Shown one piece after another: positions 48,577 through 61,657 of a stretch of 64,000 nt of DNA. Both the position numbers and the translations under genes were made by a program. This stretch comes from Bilabrum cf. latius (lineage: Eukaryota), in NCBI GenBank assembly GCA_965178125.1, contig OZ237741.1:186001-250000 (forward strand), given 5' to 3'. The notes beneath the pieces were generated by a model. It worked only from the letters and a program-made list of their open reading frames with translations, had not been told where the DNA came from and did no database searches. The first letter of the stretch is position 1; every line of letters starts with the position of its first letter.

Positions 48577-51500
48577 TCAGTCACCCCCGACCTCTCCCTC
48601 CAGCGCCTGCAGTTCTCTTCGCATCGATTCCTCCCGCTCCAGCGCCTCGTCGCGCTCCCGCTCTGCTCGCCGCAGCGCTGCATCCCGCTTGCCCAGCGCC
48701 TCCCGCACCTCCACCTCCAGCTGCGCCACCTCTGACAAGCGCCTGCTCCTCGCCTCCTCTAGCGCCCGCTTCAGCTCCATCTCCTTCTCTTTGGCCTGCG
48801 ATGCCGCCCGCTCCATCGCCTCTCTCGCCTCCTTGGCAGCCAGCTCCACCTCCTTGACCTCCTTCCTGTGCCTCGCCCTCTGCTCCTCAAGTGCATCCCG
48901 ATGCGCCTGCTACTCGCCCTCCGTCTGCTCCCTAGCACCCGCCAGCTGCTTCTCAAGCTCCCTTCTTTCCTTCTCCCACTCGCTGCTGCCCTGCTCACCC
49001 CGGGACCGAGCCCTCTCCAGTTCGCCGCGCAGCTGAGACGCATCCCTCTCCGCGGCGATGGCTCGGTCCTCCGCGGCAGCAGCCTCGGCCCTGACAGCCT
49101 TCAGCTCCTCTTGATGCCTAGCGGCAGCCTTCCCCTTCCTCTCCTCCTCCTCGGCTCTCCAGGACGCCCGCTGCGCGTCCGCCTCAGCCTCCAGACGCCG
49201 AGCCACAGCCCTCACCTGCTCGTCCCTCTCCTGCCGAAGTTCCGCAAGCAGGGCGCCGCGCATCGCATCCCGCTCCCTCGCGACCAGCTCCCGCGCCTCT
49301 GTCCCGGCCTGCTGCCTCGCCCCCTCCAGCGCGGTTCTGAGCTCACGCTCCGCCCGGTCGTCTCTCGCCTTGGACCGCTCCAGCGCCTCCGTCACCTGCG
49401 CACGAAGCGCCGCGTTCGCCCGGTCCGCCTCCGCCCGCACGGCTGCCAGCTCCCTGGCGTGCGCCTCGGATGCCTCCCTGCGCGCCGCCGCGGCCCTCCG
49501 CTCCGTCTCCTCCAGCTCGGCGCGGGCCCTCCGCTGGGCCTGCCTCAGCTCCTCGTCCGACTCCACGCGGGCCTTGCGGATCTCCTCGTCCGCGCGGCGC
49601 CGCTCCTCCGCGGCAGCTTGTTCCCTGGCGGTCCTGAGTTCCGCAGCGTGCGCCGCCTTGGTTTCAGCGTCCCTGACTCCCTCCGCGTTGCCCACCAGCT
49701 GCCTCCGTAGCCTCTGCTCCAGCGACCGCATCTCGTCCTCTGCCGCCATGCGCAGCCTCCTCACCTCGGAGGCGTGTTTGGCCACCAGCCTGCGGACCTC
49801 TGGCTCAATGGCGCGGGCCGTGCGCTCCTCCACCCTGGACTCGTGTTCCCTGGCCCATTCCTCCTTCCTCTTCTTCTCGCCCGCGTCCCATTCCGCCCTC
49901 ACGCGCTGCAGCTCCTGCCGGTGCCTGGCCTGCGCGTCCTCCAGCGCGCGAGCGCCTTGTTCCCTGGCTGCCTTGGCCTCTTGTTCGGCGCCTGCGGCCC
50001 GCTCTTGCAGAGCTTTCTTGTCTCCCAGCAGCCGATCCACAAAGGCGAGCTAGCGGCTGGCAGCTGCCTCCAGCTCGGCCCTCTGCTGCTGCAGCCTCTG
50101 CTGCCCCTGCGCCTCCAGCTGTTCCTTTTGCCTCTCCTTCTCTTTCCGAGCTTCGGACAGCTGCTACCTGGCGATGGCCGCCTGCCGCTTGGCTGCCTTG
50201 AGCTCGTCGTTGAGCGCCCTCACCCTGGCCTTGACACCAGAGAGCAAGGAGGCCCCCGCAGCGGCGGCCCCTCGGGAGTTGTGCCCCGCCTGCCCCATTG
50301 GCGTGCTGTTGCGGCTGCTTCCACCCCTGGAGCGCGCACCTGACCCCTGTGGGGTGCCACCCCTCGACCCAACGCCCGCAGTTCCTGCACCTGCAGCCCC
50401 GCCACTAGCACCAGCTCCAGAGGAAGACGAGGCATGGGGCGCTGGTGCTGGTGAGCGTGCAGGCAGGGGGCCGGGAGCTCGAGCACTTGATAGATCGTGA
50501 CCTCTGCTTGTTCCCTGTCCCTGCAGCGCTCCCTGGGACAGAACCTCCTCCTCCTTCTCCTCCTCCTCCTCCTCCTCCTCGACTGCTCCCCCGCTTCCTG
50601 CGCCCCTGACTCCAAGCACACCCCCGGCCCTGCCACCCTACCCCAACCCCCGTGGCTTAAATCCGACCGTCTCGCTGCCTCCCTGCTCGATGCCACTTTG
50701 GCCACCCTTCTATCCCCCACCAACGGGGGCCCGCAGCAGCGCCCTCAGCCCAGCCGCTCGCTTGGAGGCGGGGGAGAGCAGGGGCGAAGGGGGCCGACGG
50801 GGGGCAGGGGCCAGCTGGGAGGGGGGCGGCGTGGTGGCCCGGGCCTTGGGCCTGGGCTTTGGGCTGTAGGTACTGGGTGGTATGGTCTTGCCGCCAGTCT
50901 CTAGCGATTCGAGAGACTTGCCGGGAGCATCGACAAGGTCAGCTCTCTCAGGTGTCCCCTCTGCCACTTGGCTAGTGCCAGCGCGACTGCGTCCGTTCGG
51001 GGACTCGTCCGTTCTTTCAGTATATGTATCGCTGGTCCGCGTGTCGCTGCTGGTGCCCTTGCCTTCCGTCGCATTTTCCCCTCCACGGGCTGCTGCTTGC
51101 TCGCCTGGGTCCATGGAGGATGCGTCGGATGCGTCTATGGGCCGCTGTCCCACTGGCGCGTCAGCTGCAGGGGCTGTTTCCGATGCAGTCGACGCGGACG
51201 CACCGCCTTGCCTGCTCGCCGGGCTGTATTCATGAGCCGATGCTCGTGCCCCGGATCTATCGGCGCTGCTCTGCGACGGGGACGGCGCTGTGGGGCTTGG
51301 CGACGCCGGAGCCATGTCGGCTGCTGCGCCGCTGCTCACTCCGCTAGAACTTTGTGGACTGGACCTTTTCATGCCAGACCCGCTTGAAAATGATGATTGC
51401 GAATGGTTCGGTCTATCGGACGACGCTGCGTTCCACCTTGACGGCGACTCATCATGCCCAGTTGAGCCGGAAGCGCCTGCGCTGCTACCAGCACCGCGGC

Positions 51501-51908
51501 TGCGCTATCCTTGAGCGGTACGATGCTGCGCTCCCTTGAGCGATCCGCGTGTTTGTGCAATACTCGTATTGGACATGTTTGGATGGTTCCCATTCTATTT
51601 CGTTCCTGGCAGCGTTGGGGGCTGTGCCTGCTTGTGTTCGTGGGTAGTAGCCTGGTCGCTACGTCGCTTAGGCTGAGAGCTGCCACTTTCCCCGCGTTTT
51701 CTACTTGGAGAAGTCCTTTTTGGGATGCTAGTATCGACATCCATTGCTAGCAGGCGCTGGATTTCTGCCCGCTTGCTGGCCTGCGTGCGATTAATCGGTA
51801 TGAGGTCACGTTGCGATGAATCGGTCGACGAATTTGAAAGAGGCGATTTATAACAGAGACTTATGAACGCACTAGAAACTACCGCCTCAAAGCAGCCTTA
51901 TCCGCCAT
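48577..51908 (-). CDS. CEP131: Centrosomal protein CEP131/AZI1-like
   Basis: R*LAFVDRLLGDKKAL...EKKRKEEW...ERTARAIEPEVRRLVAKH matches the recalled CEP131 core. Probable intron 51781-51872. TAG at 51879, 51595, 51505, 50710, 50638, 50164, 50050, 48910. Ends TGA. Confidence 0.78.
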
Positions 51909-52139
51909 CGTTACGGCGACAAGAAATGCAACGACGATAAACGAGACACGTTCGAACCAGGAGCACGCTACAATAAAACTGAGCAACATTTGGTACAACG
52001 CTGGATTGCACACGTACCAGCGCACAGTATTCGTACGAACTGCGTTTTGGTTTGGTTTTGTGTCTGTGCCATCGCTTGTGTGTCCAGTTTCTTGCCCGAC
52101 TGAGGGACAAATTCCTGTGCTTGCTGCCCAGCTCCAATC

Positions 52140-54461
52140 ATGAGCGATCCATTTGGACGAGGAAGGAAAGACGATGAGAAGTGAGTCACCCCCATCCAGA
52201 TATACTATTATTGTACCATCGTCCACGAGCAGCTGCTTCAACCGCCCGACAAAAAAGCAAGCACGCGGCTTGCCTACCTGATTCTCGCCGAGCCAACTCG
52301 CAGGAAACAAAGAGCTAAGCTTGGGGCCGGTAGTGGACAGAGGCGACGATTCATGCCGAGGCCCTAGCGCCCACCGGCTTAGGCTGCGTAGGAAGCGTCC
52401 GGTTCTTCGGGATCCGCTGGTAGGTCTGGTGCTAGGGGCCGCGGAGGCTCCCGGGATAGGGGCCGAGGCCGAGGCCGGGGCAGGGGCCGCGGGGGCGGCT
52501 TCGCGGAAGCTCGGGCACTGCTATCGCAGGCAACTCCCGCCTTTACAGCGAAGGGTGCCGGCGCCGGAGTGGGTGGCGTGGTTCCCAGCACGACAGGCAC
52601 GGCGCCGAACCCTCGGCTGGCCCCCATCGTGAGGGGCTCCTCCTCAGGTGGCAGGCAGGGGGGCTCTTCTTCCTCGTCTGCGAGCGGCGACAAGAAGGAC
52701 GGGTCCAAGGGGATGCCTTTCTCTGAGGATGCCAGCCTGGACCAGCTGGTGCGGGCGCGCAAGAGTTCCACCGCGAGTGGGGGGGGGGCCTCCCGCGGCA
52801 GCAGGGGAAGCAGCGGGGGGCGGGCGCGGGGCAAGGGCAGCAAGCGAGCGGCTGCACTCGGGATGGATGACAGCGACAGCGACGGGTCCGATCTGCGCAT
52901 GCCGGGAGAGGGCGGGGCAGGACCGGGGGCCGCCGAGATGGATGGCGAGCAGTAGGCTGCGGGGGCGGGGGCGGCGCCCAGGGAACAGCTGCCCCCCTGG
53001 CCCCCGGAGTTTGACCCCAGTGGAACCGACACGCACGTCCCCCTGTCCCTCCCGTTTTATCCAGGCAGGGACGCGCTGGAGAGGGCGAGGGTGCAAGGCC
53101 TCGCTCCCATCGGCACTGGGGGTGCGGGTGCACCGGCAGGAGCGGGTGCGGGTGCGGGTGCGGGCGCGGGCGGGCGGGCGGATTCGGGACCGCCGCTGGG
53201 CTCCAGGCCCGGGGCCGCCTTCGGGCGGACCATCTCTGCCAGCAGCGGATTCTCGGGGTCCTCCATCCCAGGCGGAGGTTCCGCATCCGGCGGTGCCGCG
53301 CAGCTGGCCCCGCCGGGCATGCGCGCCCGCAGCTCTAGCGTAAGTAGCGTGACCTCTGTGGCCTCCCACCGGGCAGAGTCGCTCAAGTCCGAGGCCGCGA
53401 GGCTGGCCATCCAAGGGAATGTCCCGGCGGCCACGGCCTTTTCCGCGGCAGCGTCAGCGGCGGCCCGCAGCGCCGGCGCGGCCCCTTCTCTGCCCGCACC
53501 CACCCACCTTGCCGACAGGCTGAGGGTGGCCGCGGGTCTGGCCAGGCGCACAGGCAAGACCCTGCACCGGGCCGAAACTGCCGCCCTCCTCAGCCAAAGA
53601 GGTTCCGCACGCGCCGCGGCGAGTGCGCGGCGCCCTGGTTCCGCGACGGACGGAACCCCTGGCCCGGAGCACCTGGACCGCAAGGTGTCGGACCCGTCGA
53701 CCTTCCCCCTTGACGAGGTCCCCTTGTTCCTCATGCAGCTGCCCACCAGGCTGCCCATGAGGTCGCCGGACTCGTCGGGGATGGGCGCGCAGGGTCAGGG
53801 GCAGGGGCAGGAAGCCTCGGCCCGGGCCGAGACCCAGGACGAGGCGCAGAAACGCGTGTCGGAGCGGCTGGCAGCGCAGCACAGCGCGCCGGGAGGGGTG
53901 GGGGATGGGCTGCGGGGCCTGGAGCCGGGGAGGGTGGGTAAGCTGCAGCTGCACCGGAGCGGCAAGGTGACCCTGAAGATCGGATCGGTTGTTCTCCAAG
54001 TGTCGGAGGGGGCTGGGATGCGGTCCGCGTGGGAGGCAGTGGTGCTGGGGCCCGAGGGAGCTGTAAAGGACGGGAAAGTGGGAAAGGGGAAGGGCAGCAG
54101 CAAGGGAAAGCACAGCCTCGAGGCGATTGCGCGGCGCCAGGCCAAGGCAGACGCGGCTGCGGAGGCCATGCTGGGAGGAGGGGGTGGTGCCATGGCCGAC
54201 TCCAGCGAGGACGAAGAGGACGAGGAAGCAGCCGCCGCAATCGCTGCGGCGCAGGATGACGAGGATGATGAGGAGGAGAAGCTCCGGTACATGCGACTTG
54301 GTGCGGTGAGCGGCCGATTGGTCGCGAGTTTGGACGTGGACAGCATGCTGCCCCAGTGGCTGAGATCCAGGGATAGGCAGGAGGAGGCCGTGGCCATGCA
54401 GGCGGCCACGCGCATCGCCGCCGCGAATTCGGCGGCGCAGGTGGCTGCCCCCTTTGTATAA
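52140..54461 (+). CDS. POLR3D: RNA polymerase III subunit RPC4
   Basis: LFLMQLPTRLP and GRVGKLQLHRSGKVTLKIGSVVLQVSEG. Intron 52181-52303. TAG at 52365, 52380, 52389, 52953. Ends TAA. Confidence 0.85.
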
Positions 54462-54594
54462 ATAAGTTAGATTCGTACGTCCCACCCAAGAATTTGATTC
54501 CTTCGTACTGGCAATGAATGAACGTTCGTAGAACCACGGATCGACTGCTCGCAGGCTTTAGCTTTACACGAATCGGAGCCAGCTCTGAGACAGC

Positions 54595-57500
54595 ATGCCG
54601 GCGACCACCCGGAAAAGGCGCCGGGAGAGTATTGATGAAGAAGCTGCGCAAGGCCAAGACATTCAAGCGGCCGGCTCGGCGTCCTCTTCTGGTGCATCCC
54701 ATGGAGGCCCCAAAGAGGACCCAGCTGCGAAGAAGCGCAGAGTAGAAAGCACCGGCAAAGGGGCCGCGGCGCTTGCTAAAGCAAAGGCAATGGCTGCCGC
54801 AAAGGCTAAGGCAGCTGCCAAGGCTAAAGCTATGGCGGCTGCCAAGGCCAAGGCCGCGGCCGCCAAGGCTGCCACAGCCAGCAAGGCAGCTGTGCCGGCA
54901 CCAGCAGCGGCAGGGCCAGGCGAAACTGCAGCTAGCCTGTCACTTGGAGGCATTTCGGCTGCGGGAGCAGCAGCAGCAGTGGCGCAGCAGCTCGGGATGT
55001 CATCCGGTGCGGCGGCCGCCGTAGAGGATGCTGCGGAGCGCCGCCGTCGGAACGCCGCGAAGCGCTCCGTTCTGCTTCCGGACGACAGCCAGCAGCGGCG
55101 TCGAAAGGGAGGCGTAGTGGAGCGCGCCGAACGAGCGGCCCGGCGGCGTGGCCCAAATCCTTACCTGGCGCACGAGGACGAGGAGGCTGGTACCCGCGGA
55201 GAGCGAGCAGCCGAGCAGAGCGAAAGCCAGGCAGCCAGCAAAGGGGACGGAGGCAAGCAAGGAGGCGGCGGTGTGCTGGATCTGATCGATTTGGGCGAGC
55301 AGGGCGAGCAGGCCGACGCGGAGCAGCTCATCCCCGGCGTGGACCCCCGGCTGCAGGGCGGAGCAGCTGCTTCGAGCAGGAGGCGAGCACGGCTGCTCGC
55401 CCGCGGGGCCTTTGGCGGCCGCAAGACGGACTGGGAGAAGGAGGGGCAGGAGCTCAGGCAGAAGCTGGCGGAAAGGGCGGACGCTCGAAGGCAGCAGGCG
55501 GCGGTTGGATCGGGCATCAACCCGGAGATGCACAGGGCGGACGACCTGGCGCTCTCCGGCGGAACCGACGGCGCCGCGCAGCGGAACACCCCGTTCGCCC
55601 GGGCCGTCGCCGAGGCGGCCGCCCGGCTTTCCGGCTCCGAGTTCTCGTGGCTGGAGGATTCGGAATCGGGTGCCGCGGGCAGGGAGCATGCCGCCGCCGT
55701 GGCAGCCGAGCTGCCGCTGGCCTCACGCCGGCTGCCGCTGGCAGGCAGGCTCGCCAAATCGGAGGGCGATCTAGCGGGCGGCAAGCCTCGGGGTGGTGAC
55801 CCCGCCGCAGGGGGTGCCGCGGGGGGTGTCCCCAGGGTGGGGGTGGAGTGGTGGGATGATGCCCTTCTTAACCCCCGCCTGAGGAAGGCCAGGACGGAGG
55901 CGAGGAAGGCGAGAGCGAGCGCGGGATCGATTCCCGGTGCGGAGTACTCGCAGGCATTTTTTGGGGAGGAGGAAGCTCCAGCTGCGGCGCTGGGCGATGG
56001 GGGTGCAGGGGCTCCCACGTGGCTGGGGGGACTGAGCCTACCCGGAGCGGCTGCTGCGGCGGCCATCTGGACGGGGCAGGCCGGGGTGGGGGTGTCGGCG
56101 CAAGAGCAGATGGGCGAGGGCGAGGGCGAGGGCGAGGGTGAGGAGGGCGAGGAGGAGGTGGATGGGACTGGCAACGGTGCCGCGCGCATGGAAGACGGCG
56201 ATGACAGCGATAGTGGGAGCGGGTCCGACTCGGAGTCAGAAAGTGGGGCCGACCCGTCCTCCGGCGAGTCGGGCGGCGGCGTCGCTCCGGAGCACCTGCT
56301 CGGTGCTCGCCTTCCCCGGCGCACCGGCGCGCTGCTGGAGCGCGCGCTGGAGTTCTGGAAGCTCCGCATGCGCACCTTTGATCTGATCCAGCACCCGCCC
56401 ATGGTCAAAGCGGCGGCCGCTGCGCAGGCCTCCGGCCTGTCAGGCGGAGTAGCAGCCCTGCAGCACCCACCCGAGTACAAGCTGCGCAAGACCAAGGAGG
56501 AGAGGCGCAAGGCCAGGAAGCAGGCAAGGGCCGCCAAGAGGGAAGAGACCCGCATGCTGCTCAAGCTGGGCGTGGTCAAGCCCCCGGATCCTAAGCTAAA
56601 GCTCTCCAACTTCATGCGTGTGCTGCAGCAGGACGCCTACCTGGACCCCACCGCGGCAGAGGCCCGGGCGAGGGCGCAGATGCAGAGCAGGCACGAAGCA
56701 CACATGGCCGCCAATGAGGCGAGGAGGGTGACCCCAGCGGAGAGGAGGGAGAAGAAGAGGAGAAAGTTCCTCGTGCTCAAGCAGGGCGACAGCCTGCAGC
56801 GGGTGGCTGTGAGGCTGCCCGCGCTGGCGCACCCAAAGCACAGGTTTAAGCTCGACGCGAGTGCCAGGCAGTGCGGCGTGGGTGGCGTCTGTCTCATGGT
56901 GCACGGGTGGGTGGGGAAGAGAGGAACCAACCAGGAATCGGAATCAGGGAGCTCGGGGCAGGCGGCCATGGAGGACGGCGATGGCGCGGATGGCGCTGCT
57001 GCTGCTACTTCCGGGGGCTAGCCACAGTCGCAGGGAACAACGGGCGAGACCCGGCCGGTGGGAGCCGCCGTGCTCGTGGTAGCAGAGGGCACCCCCCAGG
57101 GGATCACCAAGTTCGTGAACGTTCTTCGGAACCAGGTGGACTGGGCCATGGGGCTGCGGGCGCTGGAGCGATTGGGCCAGCACGCCGCCGTGCACGGCCG
57201 GCGGATCCGGCGAACAGCAGGCAGCGGCGAGGACGACGACGGTGGGGATGATAGACAAAGAGAAGGCGGTGATGAGGCAGGAGAAGGGGGCGCGGGTGAC
57301 GACGCGGCAAGGCCCGGCGATGGCCTGCTGGTGGAGCTGACCCCAGCTGCCCTCGGGGGCGGGCCAGGCTAGGCCGAGGGGAGCCTTGGGGGGGGCGGTC
57401 CCCTGGTGGGGGGCGATGCCGAGGGGATGGATCTGCTGGGCGATCTCGCGGGTCTCGGGGGGAACAGTGGGGCTGGTGGGTCGTCTTCCTCGTCGTCGTC

Positions 57501-58170
57501 GTCGCAAGGCCTCGGCGCCCGCGTGGACGTGCTGTGGCGCGGAGACGTCGCCGAGAGGGTGTTTGCGCCCCTGGCGGTGGAGACGATCGAGCTGGAGGAC
57601 GGGGAGGATGAGGAGGGAGAGGGGGGCGGTGGGCCAGGAGCTGCAGAGGGGAGAGGCACGGTGCGCAGGCGGTGGCCCGTGTACGGCATGTCGTTCCACC
57701 AGTGCCCTGGGCTGAGGGAGGCAGAGGCTCTGTCGGTCCGGCTGGGGCACCTGCACGGGGCGGGGGGGAACAGGGATCCGATGGGCTCCGCTGTGGAAGC
57801 CGCGCGGCGACAGGGTGCACTGCAAGGCGGCGCATCGGCGAAGCAGGCGGGTGGACTTGCGACCAAAGCGCAGGCCGCCAGGGAGAGGGCCACTGGCGTG
57901 GAGCTCAGGGGGTACTGGCGGCTGGCAGCCTCGGGGGCTTCGTTCGAGATCAAGGAGCGGCTGGGGATGCTGGGGTTCGGTGGCCCTGCGGTGAGCGGGG
58001 CGGGCTTGGGGGGCGGTGCGCTCGTCACACTAGAGGGGTGGGAGCTGCGGCGACCTCGGAAAGTGGCCGAGGACGGCAACTCGAAGGGGGAGGGTGGTGA
58101 AGAAGGGCGGGGCCTGACGGAGCGCGAGGCAGCGGTGCGATTTGCGCCCAGGAAGGTGGCGAGAACTTGA
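54595..58170 (+). CDS. PRPF3: U4/U6 snRNP protein Prp3
   Basis: VEWWD, LIQHP, TKEERRKAR, PPDPKLKLSNFMRVL, DPTAAE, HPKHRFKLDASARQ, VVAEGTPQGITKF...VDW, VLWRG. TAG at 57019 and 57370 lie inside the C-terminal domain. Ends TGA. Confidence 0.9.
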
Positions 58171-58457
58171 GACAGATATTCCTTGGAGCTGGATGCGTCC
58201 GGATAGAGGGAATGCCAGTGGGCACTTCGATACTTCGCGGCAATATTCTACATGACTTCTGGACACTCTGAAGCCAGCCATAGTAGTTATGCTTGCTGTA
58301 CTCAGCAGTGTGCATGCACATGCTGGATGCATGCTGCGCAGAACTACCTCGTCACACTCACCACGAATGCAGTGCCACAGTGCCGCGGTCTGACGAGCGC
58401 CATCAGCCTGCACCACTCTTCAATCGAACCACGCAGGCAACATTGACGCCTGGAAGT

Positions 58458-59378
58458 ATGGGTGCAAAATGTTGCGCTCCGATTGATCAATTGAACATAT
58501 TGGACCCGAGCCAACGATACGATATTGAAGCGGGAGCCACAATTCCTCACGATGACTCGAGTCAGCGCAAGCGGTGTGCCTCGCTGCAGGCCGGAGGACA
58601 CATCAAGCAGAAAAGTGCTAGCCTAGCCAATTACACAACAAGAACGGGGGATGCCTGTTCACAGTACCCACCGCAGAGCTTCGAAGTTGGCCGAGACGGC
58701 CGGGTCCTGCCGGCTGGCAGGGCAAGCAGGGCGTCGAAATCTCGTCAAGAGCTGCTTCAAAGGGCAGCCTCCCCTGATCTAGAAGCGTATAATGGCCGTT
58801 GTGGAAGCAGCAGGAACGCGCAAATGTCCGGGCATCGGATTGTTGCCGCAAAACGGAATCGCCGGAGTCAACGCAGTTAGTCCACGCGAACGAGGATTTG
58901 GACATCCCAGGACTTGCTCACGCACTGCAGTAAGGCATGGTAGCGGAAACGCGCCAAGTCTTGCCACGGATTTGCTCGCGCATCCCCCACTTTGACCATG
59001 TGCGCTTGCGGCCGCCTGCGCGACGGCCAGCAGTGCAACGAGTGCATCAGCGATGGTTTGCACCCGGTCAAGGAGTCGAGGCACGAAGGTGGCACCACGT
59101 TCAATCCATGCACCGATTCAGACACCAGCCAACATCCGTCGTCGTCGGTCGCCCAGTCGTGTACGCCAAGCGAGCGCCGGCGAATGCCAGCAGAAAGCTC
59201 GGTTGGTAGATCGATATCATCGCGGCGGGAGCGTGGAGCCCCCGGGGCTAGGCCGGGGCACCCGTGTTCACGCAGTGGCTCAGATTCGACAGAGTCTGCA
59301 TCGAGTACGGGTGCCAACCTTTGGGAGGCGTACATCCATGGCGGGTTGCAGAGGCCGCTGTCTTCATCCTTCGAGTGA
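58458..59378 (+). CDS. Hypothetical protein with N-terminal MGxxCC acylation-like motif
   Basis: Two same-frame ORFs joined by TAG at 58878 and 58941. Starts MGAKCC, ends TGA. No recognised domain. Confidence 0.5.
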
Positions 59379-59868
59379 AGGTGAGAGCAAGGGCACCAGA
59401 CTGGTGTGTTGGAGCTACTGGTCTAGTGGTGGGCTGGTATGTGGAAAAAGGGGGCTGCCCGGCAGATATATACACCCATCAAGCAATTTCTCTTGCCGGC
59501 AATGGCATTGACTCGGTACTACAGCCTGAGGCAGGAGCAGCCCCGGGTAGGGTAGTCTAGACTAGGGCGCTTCGTTTTTGCTTTAAGCGCGTTACTTCTG
59601 GAAAAATCCGTATTTTCGGATTGCCGGGACATGTCTGGAATTTGGTTGGCCAGGCGCTCACATTAGCGTAAACACAAAGCGAATCTCGCGTCCATCACCC
59701 GTGGATTAATTCTTAGTTGTAAGATGTATTTATTGCACTTGATGAACACGAGATTATTCTGCCGTATTTGACGTGCCGTTCAAGCTGCGTGCGTGGACGT
59801 ATTCGACCATCCTTTCGTCTACCAGCCGCGCCGCTCTGAGCCGCAGAAAGCCGAGCAAAACTAGAAAT

Positions 59869-60725
59869 ATGGACAGAATATTTGGAAGAGCCAGGCCAGC
59901 CGGCCCTGCTGCCCCAAAGGAACCGGAGCCGTCGCTGACCGACGTACTCGGGTCAAACACGGAACGTGTCAGGCTGCTGGACAAGAAGATTCAAGATTGC
60001 CAGCGAGAGGCAAGTTAGTTGGCAAAATAGGCAAAGGCTGCAGGGGCACGAAACCCTGCAGCGGCTCGATCGCTGAAAGGCAGAGCTATGCAGGCGTTGA
60101 AGCGAAGAAAGATGTACGAACAGCAAAGGAATATGATAAGCGCCACCGGGTTCAAGTTGGAAGCCACCAGCTTTGCAATTGAGAATGCGAAAGAGACGCA
60201 CAAGACCGTGCAAGCCATGAAAAGTGCCCATACCGTGAGTTGCTAGGTTCTGCTCGTACTCCCCAAGCGACAGGTCCCGACACGCTGCGAACGAATGGTG
60301 ATTGTAAAAATCCTTACATGCAAACATCGCAGACGCTCAAGACCGAGCAGGCCAAGATATCCCTGGACGACCTGGAAGACCTGCAGGACGACATGGAGGA
60401 CCTGCTCGCAGACGCCAGCGAGGTGAATGAAATCATGGGGAGGGACTTCACCCAGGTGGCGGGGCTGGACGGTGTAGACGACGCCGAGCTGGAGGCGGAG
60501 CTCGCTGGACTGGAGGACATGGACATGGGAGAGCTGGAGGGCGAGCTGGACATGGGCGGGGAAGTGGGCATGCCCACAGCGGCGGGGATGCCGGCGCCCG
60601 CCCCAGCGGCCGGGCTGCCAACCGGAGCAACGACGGGCCTGCCCGCAGCTCCTAGCGCACAGCCAGTAGCCGCCGGAGGCGGTGCTGGGGGCGTGGATGA
60701 GTACGGCGCCCCGTTGACTGTGTGA
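59869..60725 (+). CDS. CHMP5: ESCRT-III Snf7-family protein (CHMP5/Vps60-like)
   Basis: MDRIFGR...PSLTD...LDKKI...ALKRRKMYEQQR, LEDLQDDMEDLL..ASEVNEIMGR, DDAELEAEL, VDEYG. TAG at 60016 and 60028. Intron 60235-60332. Ends TGA. Confidence 0.9.
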
Positions 60726-60916
60726 CTCTAGACAGGTCTGTTGATTCGTTGGTTACACGCGCCCACACCGGAGTCGAATCCCACCGTGCAGAGCTCACAT
60801 TTGAAACTAGGATTACTTGAATTCACCACACCGCGAGCACACACCTTGGAAGCCTACCGGATTCGCTGCTGTATCCATCTACAGTCCATGCCCTCCATCA
60901 CAGCTTCAGCCGCACC

Positions 60917-61622
60917 TCACTTCCCACCTCGGCCCCGGCCCCCTCCACCACGCCCGCGCCCGCCACCACCACCACGGCCTCGCCCACGCCCCCTCCCGCG
61001 ACTGCCCTGAAACCCCTTGCGTCCCCCCTCCTCCGACGGAGGCGCTTTGGCCACCTTGGTCTGACCCTCGCCCCCCGACTCGCGGACGGCGGACCCAAGG
61101 CGAGCTGCCGCTGCACTCGTCATCTTCTTCTTGGGGATCATGCCTGCAGGCAGCGGCTATCCCGCCACAATTCCGCTGCCTTGCTGCTGCTGTCCCTGTC
61201 CTGGCCCCTGCACCTGCCCCTGCACCTGCTGGTGTTGGGCGGGCAGCGGTAGCCCCTGGGCACCCCCGGGGGGTGGCTGGAACGGCAGTGGCATGGGTCC
61301 ATGACCGGGCCCACGCGGTCCTGGGCCCATCGGCAGGCCCATGGGGGGTCCACCCATGGGGGGCCCTCCGTAGGGTCCACCGGGGTGCATCATGCCAGGG
61401 CGGGGACCAGGACCGCGGGGGCCCGGGACCATGCCAGCGTACATACCAGGGTGCATGCCTGGGCGCATGCCCATGGGATGGTGTCCCATAGGACCCCCCA
61501 TTGGGGGACCGCGCATGCCCACGGGGCCCATCGGGGGGCCATTGTTCCCTTGCGGCGGCTGTGTCCTGGTCAGCCTTGCCAGCAGAGAGGACGCAGCCGT
61601 GGGGGCTGGTGCTGGTGCTGGT

Positions 61623-61657
<35 letters not shown>

